Source of the DNA: a virus
Length of the DNA: 64,000 bases
Direction: 5' to 3' (one strand)
Virus record (IMG/VR): IMGVR_UViG_3300037486_000490
Span: 28,501 to 92,500 of that record
Position numbers and translations under genes: made by a program. This document shows positions 18,852 through 28,574 of the stretch, in pieces (positions within the stretch are counted from its first letter, which is position 1; each line of letters opens with the position of its first letter). The notes beneath the pieces were generated by a model. It ran no database searches. It saw only the letters and a list, made by a program, of their open reading frames with translations, and was not told the DNA's origin.

Positions 18852-19886
18852 CTATAAAAGGTCTTTAAAACTTGGCAGCGTATCCGGCTTGCGTGCCGGT
18901 GCGGTGCCTGTACCACTCAGTTTTTTACTCGACGTACTTCCGGCAAGTCTTTCCCTAAGCTCTTTAGCCTGGAGAGTGTTGGCTTTTGCCATTACCAGTT
19001 TGCCAAGATCGAAGTTCTTGTAGAGAAGGTACTCAAGAGCTACTATGGATTCGGTATCCATTTTTTCCCTTGCGATCTCTCTTGCAGACCTTCCCTGCTT
19101 GTCCACCGGCTTCGCCATCCACTCAAAAAATTTCTTCTTTTCAGCTTCCGGAACCTGTATGCCCCTGATCACACCTGTTGTAATGGTGGTCTCGACATCG
19201 TTCCATAGCTTCCTTGTATCTTCCATCTCCTTGTCCTTGAGCTTCTGCGTGTCTGCGATCACTCTTTGATGCTCGGCTTCGGAGTATTTTGTAAGTTTTG
19301 TCTGTGCAGATTTTGCCTGCTTGAACAGAAGACCAGTGTTAGCGTAGTCATCTATCATCTCTGTAATCTCGGCTTCCTCAAACCCCTGTTTAACCAGGAA
19401 CTTGTTAACAACCGCCCTCTGTGTGGCTTCATCATCTTCCTTGAGAACGACCTTTTCTATCGTTCCTCCGGACACTGCCTCGAAGTATTTTGCCGGATCA
19501 CCACCGTTTATGCGATACCTGGCAAACTCTTCCACCTCGGGGAACTGTCCGAAGAACTCGAGCAGCTGTGCGCCCGCCATCTTCTCGGTGGCTTTTGTCA
19601 CAAAGGACTTCAAGCCGTCTTCATCATCGGGGTATTCCTCACCCTCTTCAAAAGTGTACCCAAGGCTCTCTGCAATGCTTGTGATTATCCTTGGTTCGTC
19701 TGCTTCAGTCTTTTCTTCCGGTGCAGCTTCAGGTTCTTTAACCTCTTCAGGTTCCGGCTTTGCCTGCTCTTTAACAGGAGCCTCTTCTTTCTTTTCTACT
19801 TCAGGAACTTGTTCCTGGACTTCTTCAACTGTTTCCGGAGTCTCACCGAGTAAATCCGTAAACTTCAGGTTTTTCAAATCTATCAT
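18852..19886 (-). CDS. Capsid scaffolding protein
   Basis: Acidic low-complexity N-terminus, helical; lies between portal and MCP; ATG at 19886 preferred. Confidence 0.7.
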   Translation of the reverse strand: MIDLKNLKFTDLLGETPETVEEVQEQVPEVEKKEEAPVKEQAKPEPEEVKEPEAAPEEKTEADEPRIITSIAESLGYTFEEGEEYPDDEDGLKSFVTKATEKMAGAQLLEFFGQFPEVEEFARYRINGGDPAKYFEAVSGGTIEKVVLKEDDEATQRAVVNKFLVKQGFEEAEITEMIDDYANTGLLFKQAKSAQTKLTKYSEAEHQRVIADTQKLKDKEMEDTRKLWNDVETTITTGVIRGIQVPEAEKKKFFEWMAKPVDKQGRSAREIAREKMDTESIVALEYLLYKNFDLGKLVMAKANTLQAKELRERLAGSTSSKKLSGTGTAPARKPDTLPSFKDLL

Positions 19887-19892
19887 ACTGTA

Positions 19893-19900
19893 CAAATTTA
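19893..19900 (-). promoter_or_regulatory. Bacteroidota -7 promoter element (TAAATTTG)
   Basis: Matches TAnnTTTG just upstream of the scaffold ATG; same 8-mer at 22321-22328 before the portal gene. Confidence 0.5.
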
Positions 19901-19951
19901 ATTTCTCACTTATGTATCCTAATTCACTATGCTATAGTGTTATTATATCAA

Positions 19952-22315
19952 CTATTTCTTCTTTGCAGCAGGCTTCTTGGCTGCTTTTGCCTTAATACGG
20001 TCAACCACGAGCTTCTTCTCAGCTACCCTTAGTTTATCTTTTTCAATGCGTTCCTTGGATGCCAGTTCACTCTGCCGCAACTCAATATCGGCTACCCGTG
20101 CAGCACGTTGCTCAGCCAGGGAAGAGTAATGCTTTTCACGGTCCAGGTCAAGCTTCTCCAGTTCTACTGAGTTGTCCTCAGGAGCTTCCACGCTCTCAAC
20201 AGCCATGGACTCTGCGTTGAGTTTGAGGAGCAGAAGTTTTTCATCGGCAAGTCTCTGGAGTTCGTTCTGTTCTGCAGTGAATGCCTGGTTGTCTTCACGC
20301 TCGTTTATCTTGTTCTGCAACTCCATGGCTTTCATCTCCTGTTCAGCCTGACTCATCTGCTGTTCCATTTGAGCAGCTGCCGTCTCAACCTCACCAAGTT
20401 TCATCTTGATCTTGGAGAAACTGTTGCTGTCCAATATTTCTGCAATAGTAGACGGGTTGGCTTTATTCTGTGCAAATTCAAGGGCAAGCGATTTAAGTGC
20501 CTGGAGTTTGTCCTGCTCTTCACCACTCTTCATCACAAATACACCAAAGTCAGAATTGCAGTACATCTCCGGATTTATCTGCAGATATGCCTGGCGGTAG
20601 TCACTGGCGATGTAGGTAGCTTTTTTACCATTAACCCATGCTATCTGGGAGATATCCAGCAGACCCTGCAGGTCACGTTGTTCGACGGTTTCGAACTTGC
20701 GGAACATATCCTCAGTCATGATGGCGCTCTGGTATACAGCCCTTTCAGTTGTACCCTGACCGTCGGATGCCATCACGTTGCCTTTCCTCTGGCGACTGAT
20801 GCCCAGCATCTCTTCCCATTCAGTCTTTACTGCTACAAGCAGTTCGAACTGAGCAGCTATGTATTGACCCAGCGACATATCCAGAACCTGGTAGTTGTTG
20901 AAGGTCACACGCTCCTTGTCCTTGCCTTCGGCAGTGGAATCGATAAATGCAAACCCGTTAGCATCGGCATGGTACATGAATTTCTCCTCGTCCCATCCGT
21001 GACGCTTGGGTATGGTATTGATCTCAATGAGCGCAATCTTGTCCTTGTTCTTTGCTATTGAGAGCTCAAGGCGATAATGGAAGATATTGTACAGGACCTG
21101 GTAGGGAATGCCTAATGAGACAATGCTCACCGGATCGGAGTTTCGGTTTGAATATACTCTTCCATTGTATGGGAGTTTGCAGATGGACGGATTGTTCATC
21201 CTGTTACGCTGCTCCACGATGGGTTTTATGCCCAGATAAATATCCTTGTCAATGCGGTATCCTTCATAGACCTCGTTGATCCAGAACCACTCCACCCATT
21301 CACCAGCATCGGTGTCAGGTTTGTAGATATCGGATACCCTTGTTTCTTCTTCCTGTCCTGTCTGTGGATCCTGGTAATGCAGGATGCCTTCTCTCTTGAA
21401 GGACTTCCACACACCATGATAAACATCTATTAGTTCGCCTGGGAGAGAATTCTGCCCAGCCCTGTTAAGGAAAAAACCATCGGTAGTCCCAGTGTAGAAC
21501 CCACTGCCGGGGCTCTCGAGGTAATCGATTTGCGAGGGTGTGAGCTCATCGTAGAACTTATCCACGATGTCATTGGCGGTCATTGACGATTTCCTCACGC
21601 ATGAGGGAAGATCCTCAATGAACCGTACGTTAGGTACATCCGGGTAGGACAGGTCCATCGGATTGACAATCTCGTAATACGGCTCCTCATGATCTATCGC
21701 CTTATAGGTACAGACTACTCCGGTGACCAGCCAGTCAAAGAATGCAGTCATCAGGTTGTCCGGTATCTCCAGGTAGGACATCATGTACTCCAGAGCTTCA
21801 CCGCCCATAACAGCACGCATGTCCCTGTAGTTCTGCTGGAACTCCTCCTGCACTTTGGCAGGATCCTGCGTCTCTTCGCTCGGATTGCCTGTTGGCAAGC
21901 CTGCTTCATTAAGCTGGTTGATAAACTGCTGCTTGAGGGTTCCCATAACAGCCTGCTGCATCTCTTCTTCTTTCTGGGTGACGGCATCCGCATTCTTTAC
22001 CACAACATGGTAATTCAGCGGACGCTTCGTCTTTTCACCCAGCAGCAGATCAATGATAGGACGTATGATATTGTAATTTCTTACCCTCGAAGGGAGTTTG
22101 TATGTTTTGTTGGTGTTTTTATAGGGGTCTGTAACGTACTTGTATTCAGACGGATCAAGTATTCCATTGTATGAGTCGTAGTATGTTTTGTATGCCGTGT
22201 AGTTGGCAGTGGTTACAAAAGCTGCCGCTATGACTGCATCCAGTGAATCAATACCCCAGTTCTTATCCTTGGAGCCCCTGGATAATTTCTGTTTTGGAAA
22301 ATTTGGAATACTCAT
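19952..22315 (-). CDS. Portal protein
   Basis: 787 aa; FPKQKL, NYNIIRPIIDLLLGE, CKLPYNG, LGISRQRKG, C-terminal coiled coil. Confidence 0.88.
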   Translation of the reverse strand: MSIPNFPKQKLSRGSKDKNWGIDSLDAVIAAAFVTTANYTAYKTYYDSYNGILDPSEYKYVTDPYKNTNKTYKLPSRVRNYNIIRPIIDLLLGEKTKRPLNYHVVVKNADAVTQKEEEMQQAVMGTLKQQFINQLNEAGLPTGNPSEETQDPAKVQEEFQQNYRDMRAVMGGEALEYMMSYLEIPDNLMTAFFDWLVTGVVCTYKAIDHEEPYYEIVNPMDLSYPDVPNVRFIEDLPSCVRKSSMTANDIVDKFYDELTPSQIDYLESPGSGFYTGTTDGFFLNRAGQNSLPGELIDVYHGVWKSFKREGILHYQDPQTGQEEETRVSDIYKPDTDAGEWVEWFWINEVYEGYRIDKDIYLGIKPIVEQRNRMNNPSICKLPYNGRVYSNRNSDPVSIVSLGIPYQVLYNIFHYRLELSIAKNKDKIALIEINTIPKRHGWDEEKFMYHADANGFAFIDSTAEGKDKERVTFNNYQVLDMSLGQYIAAQFELLVAVKTEWEEMLGISRQRKGNVMASDGQGTTERAVYQSAIMTEDMFRKFETVEQRDLQGLLDISQIAWVNGKKATYIASDYRQAYLQINPEMYCNSDFGVFVMKSGEEQDKLQALKSLALEFAQNKANPSTIAEILDSNSFSKIKMKLGEVETAAAQMEQQMSQAEQEMKAMELQNKINEREDNQAFTAEQNELQRLADEKLLLLKLNAESMAVESVEAPEDNSVELEKLDLDREKHYSSLAEQRAARVADIELRQSELASKERIEKDKLRVAEKKLVVDRIKAKAAKKPAAKKK

Positions 22316-22382
22316 AGGTACAAATTTATCGTTGACAAAGGGGGATCGGCTGTAAGTGCATATACCTTATATTATATACTAT

Positions 22383-24428
22383 TTAGAAGAAGCTTCTGTC
22401 CCAGAATGATCCTTCGGATGTCTCCTGGGCTTCGATCACCTGTTTTTTATACAAATCCTTCATATGGTACATTCCCACTATCATAGCGGAAACCCTGTCG
22501 AAGTTTCCTTCGCCGTAACGTATCAGTTCGTCCAGCAGCTGTAGGTCGTAGATATAATGCAGGTTCAACTTGTCCTTGCCATCATCGCCCTTTCCGCGGT
22601 GCATTATCAACCAGTCCCTGAGATAAATCTGTCCCTGACCCTTGCGCTCCTTGTTTGAGATGCTCATGCCGTAGGTACGTCCGAGCTTGCGAATGTTGAT
22701 GTTTTCCCGCTTGTCTATTATCTCCACCTCTTCCAGCAGCCAGCGCAGCTTATGCGTGCGCTTGGCATACTCCACCACGTTACCACGGTCATTTTCAAAT
22801 CCTATGCGTGCGTTGTAATACTCAGCCAGCATAAAGAGTACTTCGTTGTACTCGTCCTGCGACCCGGGTCTACCCACCCATGAGGCGACTATCATATCGT
22901 CAGGCTTGGATAGGGGGTTAATACGCTTTAAGACATACGCTGCACCGAGGGAGTTGCCACCGGAATCATCCTGTGCATAAGGGTCGCAGCATATAATGTA
23001 CATGTTATCGGGGATAACTCCGTCTGAGGAATAGAAGGGAGCCTGGTACACGGTCACGCATCCATGGATATTGTCTCCCTTTTCATGGGGGAACTTGGCT
23101 ACGGGACGAGCACTGTCCGAAGGTTTAAAGATCGTCTTGGCTTCAACACTCGTAGTAAGGAATCCGTTGACAGCCACGTTCTTATACAGCCCATGGGTAA
23201 AAATGTGGTTACGCCATTCAGAGATTGCCACCGTGGGGAATATATTCCCCGTTGTCCGAAGAAATGCTTCCCGAGGGGAGAAGGGACGTTCGGTAACATA
23301 CTTGTCAAGGATCGCCGGTGACTTGGCGGTAGTGCGTATATTCTCACGTTTTGCTTCTTCATATTCGCGCGCTGTCTGCCTATTGGAGTTTCCGTTGGAG
23401 TCTATGAACCCCTTTTTGTTTTGGTAATCAGGAAAGAAGAACCCGCAGTAAGTGCCGCGCGCATCATCGTCCCATATGTTCTCAACCGGGTAAAGGTTGT
23501 AAGGCTCGGGGTTATAGAACATCGACTCGAAGTCAATGGTACCACCTTCCATGTCACCACCAGTACCGTACAGCAGTATCTGACCGGTGATCAGCGCCCC
23601 ATCTTCTACAGCTGACTGGGTCGCCAGGTAAGAAGCCTTAAGGTTGTTGAATTTACCGCACTCCTCAAATAGGATGAGAGATGCATCCTTACCACGGGCG
23701 GCGTCCGGGTTATCAGCGAATGTGGTAGCGATTATCTGCGACCGGTAGCCTTTTTCGACATAGATCCCATTTATTTGTTCCAGATATGATGCCTTCACAT
23801 GCTCCATACGGTTGGTCACACCCCGGCGCTTTGTCCAGGCGGTATGCTCGTTCATGAAGTTCAGGTTGTCCACGATCATGCTCATGGTACCGTTGGGATA
23901 GAGGTACTTCTTATCGAATGCACCCACGAGCGTTATGGAGTCCCTGATAGTGTTGTACTTATTGGCTGCCTTGTCCGCATTCTTATAGGAATATCCTTTT
24001 CTTCGTGCCTTGCCGCAGATGACATGGTGACCACCATCTATCCACAGGGGTTTCTGATCCAGCAGTAATGCCTTAAGCTTTTCAGGGTCAATGCCCTTTT
24101 CCGCTATCTCGATGTGCCAGTAGTACTCATAATCTCCGTCCCAGAAGTCCGGGAAAGTCACGGTCTTTGTCTTGTACCGGGTCTTGCGCTTGGTAACTCC
24201 CGGAATCTCATCCACATCTTCGGTGAGTTTGATCTGCCCGAAGTTCAGGTAATGGTAATGATCGCCTGTAATCTGTTTTCCACCCGAGCTGTATCCATTA
24301 ATACACCGGCGCAGCTGCTCGTTCCAATATTCCATGTAACCCATGGAACTTGGAGGATCGTCGCAGTATCGCCCGTATTTGAGGAAAGTCTTGGCTTCCT
24401 CACGGAACATCTCGGTGTTAACCCACAT
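22383..24428 (-). CDS. terL: Terminase large subunit
   Basis: ITGDHYHYLNF, Walker A KARRKGYSY, LILFEECG, GTGGD, nuclease CDPY, FENDRG, NFDRVSA. Confidence 0.92.
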   Translation of the reverse strand: MWVNTEMFREEAKTFLKYGRYCDDPPSSMGYMEYWNEQLRRCINGYSSGGKQITGDHYHYLNFGQIKLTEDVDEIPGVTKRKTRYKTKTVTFPDFWDGDYEYYWHIEIAEKGIDPEKLKALLLDQKPLWIDGGHHVICGKARRKGYSYKNADKAANKYNTIRDSITLVGAFDKKYLYPNGTMSMIVDNLNFMNEHTAWTKRRGVTNRMEHVKASYLEQINGIYVEKGYRSQIIATTFADNPDAARGKDASLILFEECGKFNNLKASYLATQSAVEDGALITGQILLYGTGGDMEGGTIDFESMFYNPEPYNLYPVENIWDDDARGTYCGFFFPDYQNKKGFIDSNGNSNRQTAREYEEAKRENIRTTAKSPAILDKYVTERPFSPREAFLRTTGNIFPTVAISEWRNHIFTHGLYKNVAVNGFLTTSVEAKTIFKPSDSARPVAKFPHEKGDNIHGCVTVYQAPFYSSDGVIPDNMYIICCDPYAQDDSGGNSLGAAYVLKRINPLSKPDDMIVASWVGRPGSQDEYNEVLFMLAEYYNARIGFENDRGNVVEYAKRTHKLRWLLEEVEIIDKRENINIRKLGRTYGMSISNKERKGQGQIYLRDWLIMHRGKGDDGKDKLNLHYIYDLQLLDELIRYGEGNFDRVSAMIVGMYHMKDLYKKQVIEAQETSEGSFWDRSFF

Positions 24429-25390
24429 TACAGAGTGATAACTTGTCTTTTCTGTGATTCGGGCGTATAAAGGACCTCATGGAACGCATAACGCCCGTCT
24501 GCAAAAATATCCACATATCCGTACCCCCAATGAACTACTTTCGACATGCGCAGAGATCCATACTTGGTCATAGCCCCTTGCAGGGCAGGAAGCACCACCG
24601 CTGTCCGGAACCCGTCATCTATACGAATGAACGTATGGGTATGAGAACGGACTACTATGTCAGCGGTAGGGTTGTTCTCCAGCTGCGCCCAGAGGTCGCT
24701 CCAGAGAGCATCCTTAAGCAAAGGAGTTGCAGCTCCGTAAGGTGTTGAAGACCCTCCGGTATGATGCTTTACGTTGAAGATCACCCCGCCTATACTCAGC
24801 AGGTTCTCAGCATTAAGCATTGCACCAGTCTGCTGGGCAATGTTATACTCAAAAGCTTCCCCATCACCCGTATGATACGGAGTGCCATAGGTGATAACAT
24901 TGATCTTGGCTCCTACGGTGTCTATCACCTTAACAGCCATATCCACCTGGATATTCCGGTCAGTGGTAAGCAGTTCCGTACCTTTGCTCTTCTTACCGTC
25001 CCCGTCAATGAGATCGCCGTTGAAGATCGCATGTGTAAACGGTCTAAGACTATCGATGGATGCCGTAAAGAAGTCCCAGGACTCCCTTTCGAATTCTGCA
25101 AAGATCTTGTCTACTGCAGAATCCAGCGGAAGCTGGTACCCCTGTGGGGTGAGACCTGCCTTATGCCCGCAGTGAAAATCACCGGCAAGCAGTACCCTGT
25201 ACTTGGGTCGCTCCCTCAGTGCCTCCCTCATTGGCTCCTCGTTCAGAAGAACAAAGTTGAGCATGGTGGCTTCCCTGAGGGAAATGCCAAGCAGTTTAAT
25301 CAGTTCAGGATTACCTGCCTTAGGATGCATCCTTTTATAAGCGAATATTTTTGCCAATTCAATCGACGAGTATTTCCTTGGTATAGCCAT
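24428..25390 (-). CDS. Calcineurin-like metallophosphoesterase
   Basis: GDFHCGH, NGDLIDG, HH, SHTH; GTPYH in place of the usual GNH. Confidence 0.75.
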   Translation of the reverse strand: MAIPRKYSSIELAKIFAYKRMHPKAGNPELIKLLGISLREATMLNFVLLNEEPMREALRERPKYRVLLAGDFHCGHKAGLTPQGYQLPLDSAVDKIFAEFERESWDFFTASIDSLRPFTHAIFNGDLIDGDGKKSKGTELLTTDRNIQVDMAVKVIDTVGAKINVITYGTPYHTGDGEAFEYNIAQQTGAMLNAENLLSIGGVIFNVKHHTGGSSTPYGAATPLLKDALWSDLWAQLENNPTADIVVRSHTHTFIRIDDGFRTAVVLPALQGAMTKYGSLRMSKVVHWGYGYVDIFADGRYAFHEVLYTPESQKRQVITL

Positions 25391-25392
25391 AA

Positions 25393-25989
25393 TTAGTTTT
25401 CAAATGAATTAATATCACCACCGCCACGGATCTTGCGTCCGTTGCTCTGTTCCATTTTTACCTTTTCCTCAAGGTCCTCAAGCGTGCCTATTGCCTTTGG
25501 CAGCTTATCGGCAAGCACCAGGAGACTGGAAACAGACTGCACAATACTGTTAATCTCTTCTATATCGGATTCATCCTCACCTTCTGCAGGCGGAGTATTG
25601 AATGCAACCAGGCGATCCTCGATGCGCGAGCGCAGTGTTTCTATAACCTTGGTTGATGTCATCAGCGATTCGCGAATTGCGATAAGGGTACTGATGGAAG
25701 GGGTACGCTGTAGCTCGTCGTACTTGAGCTGAGCATCTATTACACCCTTGTCCGGTGTCCAGTCGGGGGACAGACCAAGCTCCCGCTTGACCCTCTGGAT
25801 GCGTTCGTCCTTGGGATAGATGATATACGGAGACTTGTAGTCAGTGACGAAGTAGATGAATGCAAGTTCCTGGAACGAGCGTTTCTTCTCCGGGGTCTTA
25901 TCTCTGCGAATAAGAGCAGCAAACTCCGGGATCACCTTGACCTCCGGAGCTATGACTATTTGGTGGTTTTCTTCTGAGAAGACTCCCAT
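25393..25989 (-). CDS. Conserved packaging-module protein (terminase small subunit candidate)
   Basis: ELAFIYF..DYKSPY, C-terminal IRGGG; near terL. Confidence 0.5.
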   Translation of the reverse strand: MGVFSEENHQIVIAPEVKVIPEFAALIRRDKTPEKKRSFQELAFIYFVTDYKSPYIIYPKDERIQRVKRELGLSPDWTPDKGVIDAQLKYDELQRTPSISTLIAIRESLMTSTKVIETLRSRIEDRLVAFNTPPAEGEDESDIEEINSIVQSVSSLLVLADKLPKAIGTLEDLEEKVKMEQSNGRKIRGGGDINSFEN

Positions 25990-26237
25990 GTCTGAGTTTG
26001 TTCATCCAGCCGACGATTAGCCATCGACTCATTAAGCTTCTTAAGCCTACCAGGTTTCACATGGAACTTCCCGAGGTACGGGAGACTGACGGTCTCAAAG
26101 CCGCTGTGTTCCATCATGTAAGTTGTATACTTGCTCTGGGTGCGCACGATGGACATTATCTCTTCCACAGGTGCACCTATCTCTTTACTGATCTCCCTGC
26201 ATATCTGCACTTCAAGATCACTCTTGGGGTATGCCAT
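25956..26237 (-). CDS. IHF/HU-like DNA-binding protein
   Basis: ISKEIG...ETVSLPYLGKFHVK; crAss-like phages carry IHF-like genes in this module. Confidence 0.7.
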   Translation of the reverse strand: MAYPKSDLEVQICREISKEIGAPVEEIMSIVRTQSKYTTYMMEHSGFETVSLPYLGKFHVKPGRLKKLNESMANRRLDEQTQTWESSQKKTTK

Positions 26238-26569
26238 CAGCGCTTAATGAACTTAAAGCAAAGACCATTGCGAAAGTTTTCGGGATCAAGCACCGGGTTA
26301 TAGGAGTAGAGCCCTATGCCGTTTACCAGGAGAACGCCCTTATCCTTGAACTTCTTAATGTAGTTGTTCAGAACTGCGACATTCTTCATTGCGCATTTTT
26401 TCACAACCGCTTCCTTGAACTCATGCGTACAAGGATCGGTAGTGGATGTCTGGAGAAACGCCTCCAGCACCTTAAGTTCTTTGTTTGAAAGTTTCAGAAG
26501 CCCGTTCAGGACTTCAAGGTAGGAGCTGATAAAAGTCTCCTCATGTACCTGGATGTTCAGTGTCTTCAT
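26237..26569 (-). CDS. Winged-helix DNA-binding protein
   Basis: LSNKELKVL...LNNYIKKFKDKGVLL...YSYNP. Confidence 0.55.
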   Translation of the reverse strand: MKTLNIQVHEETFISSYLEVLNGLLKLSNKELKVLEAFLQTSTTDPCTHEFKEAVVKKCAMKNVAVLNNYIKKFKDKGVLLVNGIGLYSYNPVLDPENFRNGLCFKFIKR

Positions 26570-26843
26570 TATGCTGTTTTACATTTTGTACTTTGCGTGC
26601 GAGTCGCTTCTTCAGAAGCCGTCTGATGCTTTTAAGAAGGAAGATGGTGTTCTGGTTCTCTGCCGAGTACCTTACCTTCTGCAGGTGGTAGAAGCGCTCG
26701 ATCATCATGTCGATCACTTCTTCGTTGGTAGTACCGTTGCTGTAGCCGCCGGCGGGTAGTTTCTCCGTAAATCTCAATTGTTGTGAACTGTCCCCGTTAA
26801 AGTTGAGTAGTTCGAACTCTGCACCCTCTTTAATTACTTTCAT
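26541..26843 (-). CDS. Tad1/Acb2-like anti-defence sponge candidate (divergent)
   Basis: LRF...NGTTNEEVIDMMIERFYHLQ...SAEN...I...L..R follows the Tad1 pattern; ATG at 26843. Confidence 0.55.
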   Translation of the reverse strand: MKVIKEGAEFELLNFNGDSSQQLRFTEKLPAGGYSNGTTNEEVIDMMIERFYHLQKVRYSAENQNTIFLLKSIRRLLKKRLARKVQNVKQHNEDTEHPGT

Positions 26844-26848
26844 AGTAA

Positions 26849-26915
26849 CAGAATAATATATCGTATATGCAACAAATATATTACTCAATGCAAATATAAT
26901 CAGAATAATGTTCTG
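26849..26915. promoter_or_regulatory. Late-operon promoter region with paired 15-bp operator-like boxes
   Basis: CAGAATAATATATCG (26849) and CAGAATAATGTTCTG (26901) flank two minus-strand TATATTTG elements (26873-26880, 26891-26898). Confidence 0.6.
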
Positions 26916-27022
26916 TTTAACCGCTGGTATATAGACTTTTTGTATTTAGTTATCAACTTCTTACGTCAAACGGAATATTATGTAACTTTGGGTAAACAAA
27001 ATGTCCCCCGAGAGGGGGTCAT

Positions 27023-27233
27023 CCGTACTTCTTCCGTACTCGTAATGTACTTTGTTCTCGTAACTTGTTGATAATCAATCTAAGCGGCGGTGCGGACGGG
27101 ACTCGAACCCGCGACCCTCGCAGCGATTTTGAAGGGTATAACCTTAAATTCTTCTCCAAAGTATCAGGGTATACCTTTATAAAGTTCCGAATAAAAGTTT
27201 TCCGAGTACGGATCAAGTACGGGAAGCCGTACT
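27023..27233. other. attP region with integrase arm-type repeats
   Basis: CCGTACT at 27023 and 27034; AGTACGG at 27205 and 27216; CCGTACT at 27227; these flank the tRNA fragment just upstream of int. Confidence 0.7.
27087..27117 (-). other. att core: 3' half of tRNA-Asp
   Basis: Minus strand GGGTCGCGGGTTCGAGTCCCGTCCGCACCGC is the T-arm plus acceptor 3' strand of a Bacteroidota-type tRNA-Asp; no 5' half present. Confidence 0.8.
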
Positions 27234-27252
27234 CCAATCTAAAATCTAAACC

Positions 27253-28449
27253 ATGCCCAGCATTAAAGTCAGAAAGTATGGAAACTCGGTTTACGTGATC
27301 TATGTTCATCGTAACCAAAAACTGAAAGTTTACACCGGGGTAAAGGTCGATGACCTGCATTGGAACCTGTCTGTCCCGAGGAAGAGCTGTCCCAACTACG
27401 ACAATGTGCTTGCCCAAATTAACCAGATGGAAACACGCCTTCTGAACGCTTCCATGAAGGTACGTACGATGGGTATAGACCCGACAGTTGACAGGGTGAG
27501 GATGGAGCTTAAAGCACAGGAGGTGGTAAAGGAAGCGGAGAAACCCTTCTGGGAAATATACAACACCTATCTCCTTACGCGCACCTTCAAACCTCCGACA
27601 CGCCAAAAGGTGGAGATCCATAAGAAGATGCTGCAGTTCTTCTGCACCTGGTCGGGCTATGAGTTCGATATAAAGACCTGGGACAAGCTCGCCTTTGGCA
27701 GGTTGATACAATACCTATTGTTCACACAGAAGATGGCAGACTCAACTATAGACCGGTTGGTAAGAGGTGTGAAAGCTTTTCTCCGGTTTGCTTATCCTAC
27801 GGTTGACCTGTCGTGGATGAAGTACAAACTCCTGAGTACTGAAGAGACCGTGGTGGCACTTTCGGATGGGGAGCTTAAGTATCTTATCGACGCTGACCTC
27901 GGCGGTTACCTGGAGAAGACCAGGGACCTATTCGTGTTCCTCGCCACTACCGGTATGCGCTTTTCAGATAGCCAGCTGTTCAATCCGACCTGGGTAACCG
28001 AGGAACAGATACTGGAATTCAACCAGCATAAGACCGGCGGGAAAGCTTATCCTCCCTTATACGAGGTATCCCGCAGGATCCTCTCCAAGTACAACGGTAT
28101 ACCTCCCCAGATCTCCAACCAGAAGTTCAATGATTACCTGAAAGTCCTGTTTGAGGAGCTTAAGTTCTCCAGATCCATTACCTCTAACATCGTCCGCAAT
28201 AAGGTTGTATTCACCTCAGTTGCCCCATTAAGTGAGGTAATCTCCTCACATACAGCGCGTCGTACATTTATTTCTCTCTGCCTGTCCCATGGAATACCGA
28301 TCCAGGATGTGATGAAAATGTCTGGTCACGCCGATTATAAGTCCATGAGACCCTATATCCGAGTCACCCGTCAGCACCTTCGTACAGTAGCCGATAGGTG
28401 GAATCCCGGGGCAACTGTAGAAGGATCAGGAAGTTCGGGAGGTTTGTAA
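27253..28449 (+). CDS. int: Tyrosine integrase (Bacteroidota type)
   Basis: RDLFVFLATTGMRFSD (R), KT, ISNQKFNDYLK, SSHTARRTF (HxxR), MSGH, PYI (Y). Confidence 0.93.
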   Translation: MPSIKVRKYGNSVYVIYVHRNQKLKVYTGVKVDDLHWNLSVPRKSCPNYDNVLAQINQMETRLLNASMKVRTMGIDPTVDRVRMELKAQEVVKEAEKPFWEIYNTYLLTRTFKPPTRQKVEIHKKMLQFFCTWSGYEFDIKTWDKLAFGRLIQYLLFTQKMADSTIDRLVRGVKAFLRFAYPTVDLSWMKYKLLSTEETVVALSDGELKYLIDADLGGYLEKTRDLFVFLATTGMRFSDSQLFNPTWVTEEQILEFNQHKTGGKAYPPLYEVSRRILSKYNGIPPQISNQKFNDYLKVLFEELKFSRSITSNIVRNKVVFTSVAPLSEVISSHTARRTFISLCLSHGIPIQDVMKMSGHADYKSMRPYIRVTRQHLRTVADRWNPGATVEGSGSSGGL

Positions 28450-28574
28450 AAGTTAATATCATTGTTAATAAATATAAGGTAAAATGCTTGTTATTCAAAT
28501 TTTTTTTTATGTCAATGTATATTAACTAATATATGAATATATCTATACCTTATGATGTACAAATGTACATGTCT

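Noticed and set aside
27087-27117. Functional tRNA-Asp gene
   Set aside because: Only the 3' half is present; interpreted as the att core.
18986-27711. Many long opposite-strand ORFs (e.g. 19266-19853, 20369-21061, 24761-25396, 27019-27711)
   Set aside because: Antisense shadows of well-supported genes, with no recognisable motifs.
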